From assembly GCA_021498095.1 (NCBI GenBank), contig JAIZWK010000001.1:1620001-1652000 (forward strand): a stretch of DNA of 32,000 nucleotides, written 5' to 3'. Made by a program: the position numbers and the translations under genes. The notes beneath the pieces are model-generated. The model had not been told where the DNA came from and did no database searches. It saw nothing but the letters and a program-made list of their open reading frames with translations. How positions within the stretch are numbered: the first letter of the stretch is position 1; each line of letters opens with the position of its first letter. Positions 1 through 9,031 of this stretch are shown here, piece by piece. The DNA comes from Candidatus Harpocratesius repetitus (lineage in GTDB: Archaea; Asgardarchaeota; Lokiarchaeia; Sigyniarchaeales; Promethearchaeaceae).

Positions 1-207
1 TAAAGAATAACCTGCAGCATCAAGAACTGCTTGAATATTTGCGAAGACTTGACGAGTTTGTGCTTCTATCCCTTCTGGAATTGTTCCTAGATCTTTATTA
101 ATTGGAATTTGACCTGATAAATAGAGTGTTTTATTAGTTTTTACTGCATGTGAGTAAGGCCCCACAGCTGCAGGGGCATTTGAAGCGTTAATTATTTCTT
201 TAACCAT
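1..207 (-). CDS. ridA: RidA/YjgF/UK114 family enamine/imine deaminase (5' part; runs off the window)
   Basis: Absent from the ORF track. Hand translation from CAT at 205-207 gives MVKEIINASNAPAAVGPYSHAVKTNKTLYLSGQIPINKDLGTIPEGIEAQTRQVFANIQAVLDAAGYSL, with the family motifs APAAVGPYS and LYLSGQIP. Confidence 0.92.
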   Translation of the reverse strand, partial: MVKEIINASNAPAAVGPYSHAVKTNKTLYLSGQIPINKDLGTIPEGIEAQTRQVFANIQAVLDAAGYSL

Positions 208-452
208 GATTGAACACCGAGTAATTACTTTTACTTAAGAAAAGTAATATGATAAATGGAATGAAACATAAAAAATTCACTCTTTTAATATTAATATAGT
301 AGGATAGATAAAAATTCAAAAAAAAATCAAGATTCTTTGTATTCTGCCTTAATTCACTACAGAATTAAATGATTAATAATTTATCTATCAATATTTTCGA
401 TTTTCTTAAGATGAAAGATTACCAAAAGAAATTATTTTAATAAATAATTATT

Positions 453-956
453 TTGAATATGGTTAAATGTAATGAAGATAGATTTACACCTGAGCAAAAG
501 CTAAAATTCGATCTTCGTCATTATCCTGTTCGTCCTCATGTAGGTGTTGGAGGTGTCATTTGCTGGAAGGATTATGTAGTGATTGTAAAAAGAAAATATA
601 ATCCAAATAAAGGAAAATGGGCAATTCCTGGAGGGCATTTAAAATTAGGTGAACGCGCCTCAGATGGTGCATTACGTGAATGCATGGAAGAAACAGGTTT
701 ATTTCTTGAAGTGGGAGAATTGGCTTCAGTGATTGATAAGATTGATTATGATTCAAATGGAAAAATTGAATATCATTATGTTCTTTGTGATTATTGGATG
801 ATTATACCAAATGCTGAATCATTTAAAGAACCTCCTCGGTTAATTCCTCAATCAGATGTAATTGATGCGCGTTTTGTTCATTTCGAAGAATTATCAAACT
901 ATGAACTTACACCAACTGTGAAGAAATTATTTATAAATCTAAAAATTTTTAAGTAA
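453..956 (+). CDS. Nudix hydrolase (ADP-ribose pyrophosphatase-like)
   Basis: Complete Nudix box GGHLKLGERASDGALRECMEETGL, plus R.YP.RP.VGVG and KWAIPGG. ATG at 459 may be the real start. Confidence 0.9.
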   Translation: MNMVKCNEDRFTPEQKLKFDLRHYPVRPHVGVGGVICWKDYVVIVKRKYNPNKGKWAIPGGHLKLGERASDGALRECMEETGLFLEVGELASVIDKIDYDSNGKIEYHYVLCDYWMIIPNAESFKEPPRLIPQSDVIDARFVHFEELSNYELTPTVKKLFINLKIFK

Positions 957-1022
957 TTCTATAAACAGAAAAAATATTTTAATATAGAATTCAAATTATA
1001 AAAAATGAAAAATTATTAAGAA

Positions 1023-1496
1023 TCAATAAGAATTACCGCAGTTAGGACAAAATTTACCTCCTTGAGTCACTTCATGCCCACAGTATGGGCAAAATCGAGG
1101 GGAATCACGTGATGTTTTAGATTTTTCAATATTAGAGACAGATGTTTTTTCATTTTCCATTTGTGATTGCTTATGCATTCTTTCTTTTTCTTTCCATTCT
1201 TTGTGTTTCTTCTGAATTATTTGTTTTGTTTCAATAGAAAGTTCTTTTATTCTCTTAGCAGTGGTTTTTGCTTGTTCTTTAATTTGCTTCGATAATTTTT
1301 TCGATTTTTTTTTGATGGTTTTTGATTTCTCTTTTACTTGAATTTTAAGTTTTTTTCCTTTTGCTTTTAAATAATCTTTTAATGGAATTTCTTCAAAAGA
1401 ACCTTTAGATTCATCACATTTTGAATTTGAATGATCTTTACTGCTATCTATTTTTTTTTCGTCTTTATAATAATTTAAGTTTGAATTTTTTGCCAT
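1023..1496 (-). CDS. Lys-rich coiled-coil protein with C-terminal zinc ribbon
   Basis: Ends in FCPYCG-x7-FCPNCG. The central region is K/E/Q-rich and helical. Confidence 0.75.
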   Translation of the reverse strand: MAKNSNLNYYKDEKKIDSSKDHSNSKCDESKGSFEEIPLKDYLKAKGKKLKIQVKEKSKTIKKKSKKLSKQIKEQAKTTAKRIKELSIETKQIIQKKHKEWKEKERMHKQSQMENEKTSVSNIEKSKTSRDSPRFCPYCGHEVTQGGKFCPNCGNSY

Positions 1497-1651
1497 AATG
1501 CTTACCTTAAATGAGTAATCAAGATTAGGATGATATATTTGATATATTTGTAATAAAATATAACCCTTTTTCAGATTAAATATTTCTAATTATTAGTAGA
1601 ATTTAATCAATCTAAAAGCATTTGGAGTCTGGTAATTAGCAATCTTACTTT

Positions 1652-2332
1652 TTATTCAAATTCTTTCCAAATAACGGATAAATCTTCAATAAAAAGCTGG
1701 AGATTGCCTGAGTCAAAGAATATCTGAACATTTCCATCACTTACATTACTTAAGGTTAACGATGATTGCTGTAAATTTTGGTTTTGTAGAGGATATTCAC
1801 ATCCTGAAAGATTAACATTACAACATTCAGAATATGGAATAAGAGAAAAAATTTTTCCTTTTTTGACAGGAATTTTGTATTTTTTCAAAGGAGATAAAGC
1901 TTTTAGGCATCCACTTGCACTGATCAACCAAAATTTATCAGGCGCTTTAAACAATAAGAGTTTATTAAAAAGATCGTGATCTAATCGTCCTCCTATCATA
2001 TTGATTCCTAAAACTAGTTCAAATTTTTTCTCTAATGAATAATTTAGTGCAATTTCTGTATCTGATCGATTTTTTTTAGATGGAAATGATATTTTTTTTG
2101 TTTTAGAGAATGAGTTCAAAAGATCAGGATCGACAGAATCAAAATCTCCAATAATTAAATCAGGAGAAATATGATTTTTCCATGCAAATTCTAATCCTTT
2201 ATCGATTGCGATAATAAAGGCATGCTTGAGGATGATTTCTGGAATTACTTCAAAAGATTTAATGTCAAATTGAGGACTCCCAGAAATAAGAAGTGCAGTT
2301 TTTTTTTGTAGATCCCGATTATTCATAATCAA
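1652..2332 (-). CDS. thiN: Thiamine pyrophosphokinase (ThiN/TPK type)
   Basis: Motifs IIAIDKG, PDLIIGDFDS, SDTEIAL and GGRLDH; C-terminal beta domain FSLIP...L.GCEYPL...SN. Divergent from a thiamine ABC transporter. Confidence 0.92.
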   Translation of the reverse strand: MIMNNRDLQKKTALLISGSPQFDIKSFEVIPEIILKHAFIIAIDKGLEFAWKNHISPDLIIGDFDSVDPDLLNSFSKTKKISFPSKKNRSDTEIALNYSLEKKFELVLGINMIGGRLDHDLFNKLLLFKAPDKFWLISASGCLKALSPLKKYKIPVKKGKIFSLIPYSECCNVNLSGCEYPLQNQNLQQSSLTLSNVSDGNVQIFFDSGNLQLFIEDLSVIWKEFE

Positions 2333-2444
2333 AAATACGTGCCTTTATTAAAAAAAGTTCACTCAAACAAAATTTGTTAAAAATGTTCCTCAGAAATGGT
2401 GTTTTGCGGGAAAATTATGGGCTATAGAACCAAAAAGTAAAAAA

Positions 2445-2454
2445 TTTTTATATA
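2445..2454 (+). promoter_or_regulatory. Candidate archaeal TATA box for thiBPQ
   Basis: TTTTTATATA preceded by an A-rich BRE-like stretch, about 27 nt before the ATG at 2482. AT-rich DNA makes chance matches likely. Confidence 0.35.
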
Positions 2455-2472
2455 TTTGTTTCTCCAATTTAC

Positions 2473-3747
2473 ATGATAAAAATGAAGTTCAAAATCATGA
2501 AAAAAAATCGAGTTTTTGAAGTTATGCTTCTTTTCTGTCTTTTTTTTGGAATATTTATCTTTCCACATTCAATTCGAGCTGTTGCCTCAGAACCTAAATT
2601 AACAATTTACACATATGAATCATTACTTGCTGATCCTGGTTATGATTTTATCGAAGGTTACTCTAATTATTCTGGAATTCCTAAGGATCAGATTCAATTG
2701 GTTGCATTGGAAGATGCAAATAGTTTGATTACACGGTTATTAGGCGAAAAAGAATCTCCAGTTGCCGATGTTGTGATTGGATTGGATAATAGTTTGATTT
2801 TTGAAGCAAAAAGATATAATCTTTTAAAACCTTATTCTTCCCCGTTAATAGAGAATATCTCTTCATCTTTGATTAACAATTTAGATCCTGACCACTATCT
2901 CTTGCCTTATGATTACGGAATAATTGCCTTCAATTATGACCAGTTGCGAGTTAACACAACTACTGTTCCAGATCTTGAAAACTTGACTTTGAATAAAATT
3001 TTGGATTTGGATTTAGCAAAAAAGATCGTTGTTGAAGATCCTACTTTAAGTTCTCCTGGATTGGGTTTTTTACTATGGACAATTGCTGTTTTTGGAGATC
3101 CTTCTATTAATTTTACTGGAATATTAGGTGATGATTGGCGAAATTGGTGGAAAAGTGCGGCAGAAGATCTACGGATTGCAAATAGTTGGGGTGCTGCATT
3201 TGATATTTACGATGAACCAAACGAAAATCGTCCAATAATGCTTTCTTATGGTACAAGTCCTGCCTATACTGTATGCCAAGGATGGGGTGATAATCTAAAA
3301 GCATTTCTTTCTCATGAGAATGGAACATCAAATGCTTGGTTACAGATTGAAGGAATTGGTTTGGTCAATGGTGCTTCTCATACAATCGAAGGTCAACATT
3401 TTATTGATTGGTTTCTTGGAGAAGAATTGCAAAGTCAAATTGCAGAAAACAATTGGATGTATCCTGCAAATCAACAAGTTCAAGTATCTTCTTGCTTTAA
3501 TAGTGCTGCAATTAATCCTGATGATGTAAATATTTTAAATAATTTGATAACTACTTCAATGTTGGAATCAAATCTTGCTAAATGGAAACAAGATTGGGAA
3601 GAAACAATGGTAATGAAGTCTCCTGGTATTTCGGGTTTTCAGAATCCTTTTCTATTTGTTTTCGCAATAAGTTTTAGTCTTGGGGTAATTTTACTCTTAC
3701 AGCAGCGAAAAATATTCCAACTTAGAAAGAATGTTTCTCCCGCTTAA
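2473..3747 (+). CDS. thiB: Thiamine ABC transporter substrate-binding protein with N-terminal signal and C-terminal TM anchor
   Basis: LTIYTYES, ADVVIGLDN, PYDYG, EDP..SSPGLGFLLWT, SW..A, SY.TSPAY, QIEG.G, AENNWMYP. Followed by permease and ATPase genes. Confidence 0.92.
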   Translation: MIKMKFKIMKKNRVFEVMLLFCLFFGIFIFPHSIRAVASEPKLTIYTYESLLADPGYDFIEGYSNYSGIPKDQIQLVALEDANSLITRLLGEKESPVADVVIGLDNSLIFEAKRYNLLKPYSSPLIENISSSLINNLDPDHYLLPYDYGIIAFNYDQLRVNTTTVPDLENLTLNKILDLDLAKKIVVEDPTLSSPGLGFLLWTIAVFGDPSINFTGILGDDWRNWWKSAAEDLRIANSWGAAFDIYDEPNENRPIMLSYGTSPAYTVCQGWGDNLKAFLSHENGTSNAWLQIEGIGLVNGASHTIEGQHFIDWFLGEELQSQIAENNWMYPANQQVQVSSCFNSAAINPDDVNILNNLITTSMLESNLAKWKQDWEETMVMKSPGISGFQNPFLFVFAISFSLGVILLLQQRKIFQLRKNVSPA

Positions 3748-3766
3748 TCATGTGGAATGAATATAT

Positions 3767-5524
3767 ATGATTACTAACCGAAGAAATAAAAGCAAATTAA
3801 AGAAGAAATTTGGAGTTTTGACCCCTTTTGGAGTGGTCCTTATATGTTTGCTAGTTTTGGTTGCATTTTTTCTTACTTTTTTTTATTTTCCTTTAGGAAC
3901 AGTATTTCAATTTGCTTTTTCACTAAACGATTTTGAATCAAGCAAAACCTTTGCAGAAATTATTAGTTATTCTTTAAATTTACGAGCACTTCAATTCAGC
4001 TTGATTGAAGCATTGATTAGTACTTTTTTTTGCTTAGGTCTTGGAATTCCAGTTGGAATATTTATTGCAAAATATCATTTCAAGGGTAGAAAAATTTTTT
4101 TACAAATTATGACAATTCCCTTTGTCCTTCCTCCTATTGTTGTTTTAATTGGTTTTGTAATTGTTTATGGTGATGGTGGGTGGATAAATACTCTCTGGAA
4201 GTCTATTTCCAGCGAATCATATGGTTTACTTTCAATTTATGGTAGTTATGTTGGTATAATTCTTGCTCATGTATTTTATAATATTTCAGTTGTTGTTCAA
4301 TTCATGATCCCTGCATGGCAACAACTTAATTATGATCAAATTGATGTGGCTCGTTCAATTGGAGCTTCACAATGGAAAATTTTTTGGAAAATTGTATTTC
4401 CACAGATAAGATCTTCTTTAATATCTTCTGCATTACTTGTTTTTATTTATTCTTTCAATAGTTTTGCAATTGTTTTATATTTAGGAAATGCCCAATTACA
4501 AACATTAGAAGTTAGAATCTATAAACTTATGCAGGTTTCATTTGATTATCGTTCTGGAACGATTTTGGCTATCATGCAATTATTGATTAATATATTACTT
4601 ATTTTAGCTTATCTTCAATTGGATCGTAGTAAAATAAGAACAAATTCTAACGCAAAAAGCACGTTTGAATATAAACACATTATTTTTCATAATTTATCTA
4701 AAACACAAAAAATGAAGTTAATTGGAAGGGTATTCTTTTTAGGTATTGTCTTGATCTTTGAGATACTGCCGTTAATTGCTGTAATAATCACAGCATTTAC
4801 TCCTATAGGAGAATCAAATTCTATTTTTACAGGATTTTCTTTATTATTTTCTTCCTCTTATGATCCTTTACTGGGTGCTTCAATTTTTCGATTACTTATT
4901 AATACTTTAATATTTGCGTTTATAACTATGATTATAACCCAAATTTTTACTTTTGCTATATTGCTTATCTATCGTAGGCGTTATCATTCTATTTCTCAAT
5001 ATAAATATTCATCAATTGATAAAATTTTAGCATTATTCATTATACTTCCAATGGCAACTTCCACTATTACTCTCGCTCTTGGTCTGTTTCTCCAATTTAA
5101 AGATAGTATCCTTTATTTAAAATATCCTTGGGTCCTAATTATTGCTGCTCATATTCTTATTGGAGTACCTTTTGCAACTCGCACTGTAATCAATGCTTAT
5201 AATCGAATTGATACTGAATTAATCAATGTTGCTTCAACTTTAGGTGCATCAAATTGGGTTATTTTTCGAAAAATTGAATTTCCCTTAATTAAACGGAGTC
5301 TATTTATTGGCGCACTTTTCAGTTTTGCAATTAGTATTGGAGAATTTGGTGCAACTAATTTTCTGGCTCGTGGTAAATTCGGTACGCTTTCTTTAGCAAT
5401 TTCAAAATTGATGTATACAAGAAATATTCAACTTACTGCCAGTATGGCTACGATACTTATTGCAATTACCTTCTTATCCTTTATTATAATTCAACATTTA
5501 GGAGAATCACGCTTTTGTATATAA
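3767..5524 (+). CDS. thiP: Thiamine ABC transporter permease (two fused repeats)
   Basis: Two EAA-like loops (DVARSIGAS, NVASTLGAS), LAHVFYN, SIGEFGAT and many hydrophobic helices. Operon position after thiB. Confidence 0.9.
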   Translation: MITNRRNKSKLKKKFGVLTPFGVVLICLLVLVAFFLTFFYFPLGTVFQFAFSLNDFESSKTFAEIISYSLNLRALQFSLIEALISTFFCLGLGIPVGIFIAKYHFKGRKIFLQIMTIPFVLPPIVVLIGFVIVYGDGGWINTLWKSISSESYGLLSIYGSYVGIILAHVFYNISVVVQFMIPAWQQLNYDQIDVARSIGASQWKIFWKIVFPQIRSSLISSALLVFIYSFNSFAIVLYLGNAQLQTLEVRIYKLMQVSFDYRSGTILAIMQLLINILLILAYLQLDRSKIRTNSNAKSTFEYKHIIFHNLSKTQKMKLIGRVFFLGIVLIFEILPLIAVIITAFTPIGESNSIFTGFSLLFSSSYDPLLGASIFRLLINTLIFAFITMIITQIFTFAILLIYRRRYHSISQYKYSSIDKILALFIILPMATSTITLALGLFLQFKDSILYLKYPWVLIIAAHILIGVPFATRTVINAYNRIDTELINVASTLGASNWVIFRKIEFPLIKRSLFIGALFSFAISIGEFGATNFLARGKFGTLSLAISKLMYTRNIQLTASMATILIAITFLSFIIIQHLGESRFCI

Positions 5525-5604
5525 TTAATCGAAATTTGTATGATAAAATGGAAAATTGATAAATTCGGAAATGGCTGATTGAATCATTTTGAAGTGAAAA
5601 TTTA

Positions 5605-6729
5605 ATGAAAAAATTGGAAATTATCAATCTTCGTTTGAAGTATCAAAAAGAATACATTTTAGATGGCTTGAATCTGACAATTCATGAAGGGGAAATAATT
5701 GTCTTTTTAGGCCAAAGTGGATGTGGAAAAACCTCATTATTGAAAATTCTTTTGGGAATATTGACTCCTGATGAAGGGACTGTTCGCTTAAATGAACAAG
5801 ATATTACTTTTCTTCCTCCCCAAAAAAGAAAAATGGGTTATGTTCCTCAAGCTCAAGTTTTATTTCCACATATGACTGTAAAAGAAAATATTATGTTTGG
5901 ATTGAATGTAAACAAGTCTTTAACTCAACCAGATCGGCGCTATAGACAAGCATTAGCATTAACACAGTTAACCGAATTTGAAAATCGATTTCCAGATGAA
6001 TTAAGCGGGGGTCAACAGCAACGAGTGGCTCTTGCACGCGCTTTGGTTATTGAGCCTCAATTTTTACTACTTGATGAACCATTAAGTAGCATTGATGCAA
6101 CAGGTCGAGAAGAATTGGCTTTAATGATTCGTTTGATTCAGCAAGAAACGAACACTACGATTATATACGTGACCCATAATCATGAAGAAGCTAAGATGCT
6201 TGCCGACAGAATTGCAGTTCTTTTTGATGGCAAAATTCAGCAAATTGGACATACTCCAGATGTATATAGTCATCCAAAAAATTATCAAGTCGCCAAAATC
6301 TTAGGAAAGGAAAATATCTGGTCTATTATAGAAATTCTCAAACAAAATGATTTCGTTATCCTTAAAACTAACTTAGGAAGCATTATTATTCATGAAGATT
6401 TATTAAAATCAAATTCACCTACAGGAATTGAACTTCCATTAAATATCTATTCTCTTGAACCTCTTCCTGATTTTGAATCAAATTCTTCAAGTTACATAGA
6501 AAATGAATCATCTACAAACATAGATGAAAAGAAAAAAGAATTTATTTTCATATGTAAAATCAATGCTATTATTGATCAAAAAAGCGAGTATAAAAAAATA
6601 ATTCTATGTATCTGGCCCAATTATTCAGAGATAATCAAGATATTTATTAGTAATGATGTAGAATTATCTTGTTCTTCAAACCTTTTTTATAGGATTCGAA
6701 TTCCATGGTCTGATTTTGTAATTTTTTAA
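5605..6729 (+). CDS. thiQ: ABC transporter ATP-binding subunit of the thiamine transporter
   Basis: Walker A GQSGCGKT, signature LSGGQQQR, Walker B LLLDEP, H-loop YVTH. Substrate is assigned from operon context. Confidence 0.85.
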   Translation: MKKLEIINLRLKYQKEYILDGLNLTIHEGEIIVFLGQSGCGKTSLLKILLGILTPDEGTVRLNEQDITFLPPQKRKMGYVPQAQVLFPHMTVKENIMFGLNVNKSLTQPDRRYRQALALTQLTEFENRFPDELSGGQQQRVALARALVIEPQFLLLDEPLSSIDATGREELALMIRLIQQETNTTIIYVTHNHEEAKMLADRIAVLFDGKIQQIGHTPDVYSHPKNYQVAKILGKENIWSIIEILKQNDFVILKTNLGSIIIHEDLLKSNSPTGIELPLNIYSLEPLPDFESNSSSYIENESSTNIDEKKKEFIFICKINAIIDQKSEYKKIILCIWPNYSEIIKIFISNDVELSCSSNLFYRIRIPWSDFVIF

Positions 6730-6799
6730 TAATTTTCATCTTTAATATTGTTCAATCTTGAACAATCTAATTATATTTATTTAATTCTATATTTGAAGT

Positions 6800-8899
6800 C
6801 TATATTGGAAGCTTTTGCAATCGTTGCTCTATGTCCTTAACAAATTTACTATATTTTGGGTTTTCAACAGCCAAAGCTTGGGTATTTTTCAAAGCTCTTT
6901 CAAAAGCCCACTTAGTTTTGTCAGCAAAACCCATTTGATCATAGCACAATCCTAAAAAGTAGAATGCTAGAGGATAATTAAAATCAATCTTCACAATTTT
7001 CATGAATTGTTTGATCGCTTGAGCGTGTTTACCTTGTTTATAATAAATTAAACCGATGTTTAAGGTTGTTCGTAACATACGCTGGTCTTTTAGAGGAAAA
7101 TATTCATTATCGAGAATCTCCCAAAATATTTTAAGTGCTTTATCAAATTCCTTGGCTTTCATCAATTTATCGGCTTCATTGTATTTTTTTGTGAATTCTG
7201 GATTAATTTCTTTTAGAAGTTCTTCGCGTTCACGTTTTTGCCGCTCCCTTTCAGCTTGTTCTCTTTCTGTTTGCTTTTGATCTTCAAATTCTTTCTTAAA
7301 ACTATCAAAACTTGCAATAACTTCTTCGCTATATTGTTCATGACATAATGGACAGAGATTACTATGTACAATCCACATTTTCAAGCAACCTCGGTGAACT
7401 GGATGATCATTTGGACAATTTATTAATTCATCATCAAAATTATTTTCAGATTCTCCAAGATCTTTTACTATAATTGGAGCATGGCAAATAACACAAAGTG
7501 GACCCTTTTTATCTGATTTTGCTTGTGTGATCGATTTTTGGGAAGTAAAAGAAGAATTAGACTTAGAAGAAGATAAAGATTGAGAAGGTTTTGGAATTTT
7601 ACTTGAAATAGATTTAGTGCCCTGTGTTGGAGAAATAGAATGCAAATTTTTCAATGAAGCGACCTTTGGACGTGGTTTTAGTACCTTTTTTTCAGGTGCT
7701 ATAAATTTACTTTGTGTTTTAGATTTATTCAACGGTCTCTGGGATGAAGTGCGAACTGATTTTAGTGAGGTAGGCTTTTCTGGAGTTGGTTTCTGAATTT
7801 CAGTTGCGATGTCCGCTGTATCAATAAAAGATGGATGAACAATTTTACCTGGTATTTCTTTTGCGGTTTTTGCAGTAATATCTTGGAAAGGAATATGTTC
7901 TGGTTTATTCTCTTTATGCTGTTTCCGTTTCGCCCGTCTGGTGACTGTTTCAGCAAAATTCAATGGATCAAAATCATCATCCAAACCAGGATCAAAAACA
8001 TCTGCTTCATTAACACCTTTATGATTATTCATGGAGTTGGTTGAAAATAATTCACTATTTAATCCTTTTGAATTTACTTGTTTTGCTATCGAACTGGCAA
8101 AATTTAAAGAAGATCGCGTGGCATTGGCATGTTTATTAGCAGATTCGTCCATTCCAGGACCCATTAATTTAGTACGAACTTTCTTGCGCTTTTTCTCGAA
8201 TTTTTTTATATCTTTATCAACATCAGAATACAATTTTGCTTGATCTGAGCTTGATACAAGATTCTTATTTTGCTCTGAAACTTTAGGTTTTGATATTACT
8301 TGTTGTGAAGATTTTCCAGTTGATTTAGTTAATGTAGGAATGATATGTTCATATTCTTTCATTTGTTTATTAACAGCTTTAATTTGCTTGTGAATTTGTT
8401 CCAGTTGCATACGGAGAGCAATTTCTTTTCCATTTAATGTTTGAAGTTCATGTTCAAGTGTTGATTTGCGCTTTTTGATTATTGTGAGATCTTTATTAAG
8501 TTTTTTTTCTTGTTGCTTGATTTCTACTAATTGTTTTCCTAATTGACCAATATTCTCTTGCATTTTCTCGAGCATTTGGATTTCATTTCTATTTTCAGTA
8601 TTCGAGGCACTCGTTGATACCATATTTGATAATATTTTATTTGAAGCTGCTGAATTTAATGCAGTTTTTATTGGTTTGACATCCAAAACTTGAATTATTT
8701 CAGATGGATATGGTTCTCCACAGATTTGACAAGTTTGTGAAATTAATAAGCGTTTTTTTAAACAATCATGATGAATTAAGTGGCCGTTGACACACTTATA
8801 CACTTTTTGATCCTTCAATTTTGCCTTACTGGATAAATCTAAAAAGTTTATCGGAAGATTGCAAAATACACATTCCATTTTTTTTTTTGATTGATTCAT
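6800..8899 (-). CDS. RING-H2 / coiled coil / low-complexity linker / RING-H2 / TPR protein (putative E3 ubiquitin ligase)
   Basis: Two copies of C-x2-C-x22-C-x3-H-x2-H-x2-C-x10-C-x2-C. C-terminal TPR-like helices (NIGLIYYKQGKHAQAIKQF, AFYFLGLCYDQMG). Confidence 0.85.
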   Translation of the reverse strand: MNQSKKKMECVFCNLPINFLDLSSKAKLKDQKVYKCVNGHLIHHDCLKKRLLISQTCQICGEPYPSEIIQVLDVKPIKTALNSAASNKILSNMVSTSASNTENRNEIQMLEKMQENIGQLGKQLVEIKQQEKKLNKDLTIIKKRKSTLEHELQTLNGKEIALRMQLEQIHKQIKAVNKQMKEYEHIIPTLTKSTGKSSQQVISKPKVSEQNKNLVSSSDQAKLYSDVDKDIKKFEKKRKKVRTKLMGPGMDESANKHANATRSSLNFASSIAKQVNSKGLNSELFSTNSMNNHKGVNEADVFDPGLDDDFDPLNFAETVTRRAKRKQHKENKPEHIPFQDITAKTAKEIPGKIVHPSFIDTADIATEIQKPTPEKPTSLKSVRTSSQRPLNKSKTQSKFIAPEKKVLKPRPKVASLKNLHSISPTQGTKSISSKIPKPSQSLSSSKSNSSFTSQKSITQAKSDKKGPLCVICHAPIIVKDLGESENNFDDELINCPNDHPVHRGCLKMWIVHSNLCPLCHEQYSEEVIASFDSFKKEFEDQKQTEREQAERERQKREREELLKEINPEFTKKYNEADKLMKAKEFDKALKIFWEILDNEYFPLKDQRMLRTTLNIGLIYYKQGKHAQAIKQFMKIVKIDFNYPLAFYFLGLCYDQMGFADKTKWAFERALKNTQALAVENPKYSKFVKDIEQRLQKLPI

Positions 8900-9031
8900 A
8901 CTGTATGAACGACCCGTCCTTTACGCTCAATTCTTTTTCAAATATGGTTAGAAAAAGTAATAAAACCTTTAAAGTTTGATTTCTCGATAAAATTGCCATG
9001 CACTTTCCAACTTTTTCAAACATAAATTTTC

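Noticed and set aside
2333-2472. TPP riboswitch between thiN and thiB
   Set aside because: No CUGAGA-centred TPP aptamer core with its flanking stems found on either strand.
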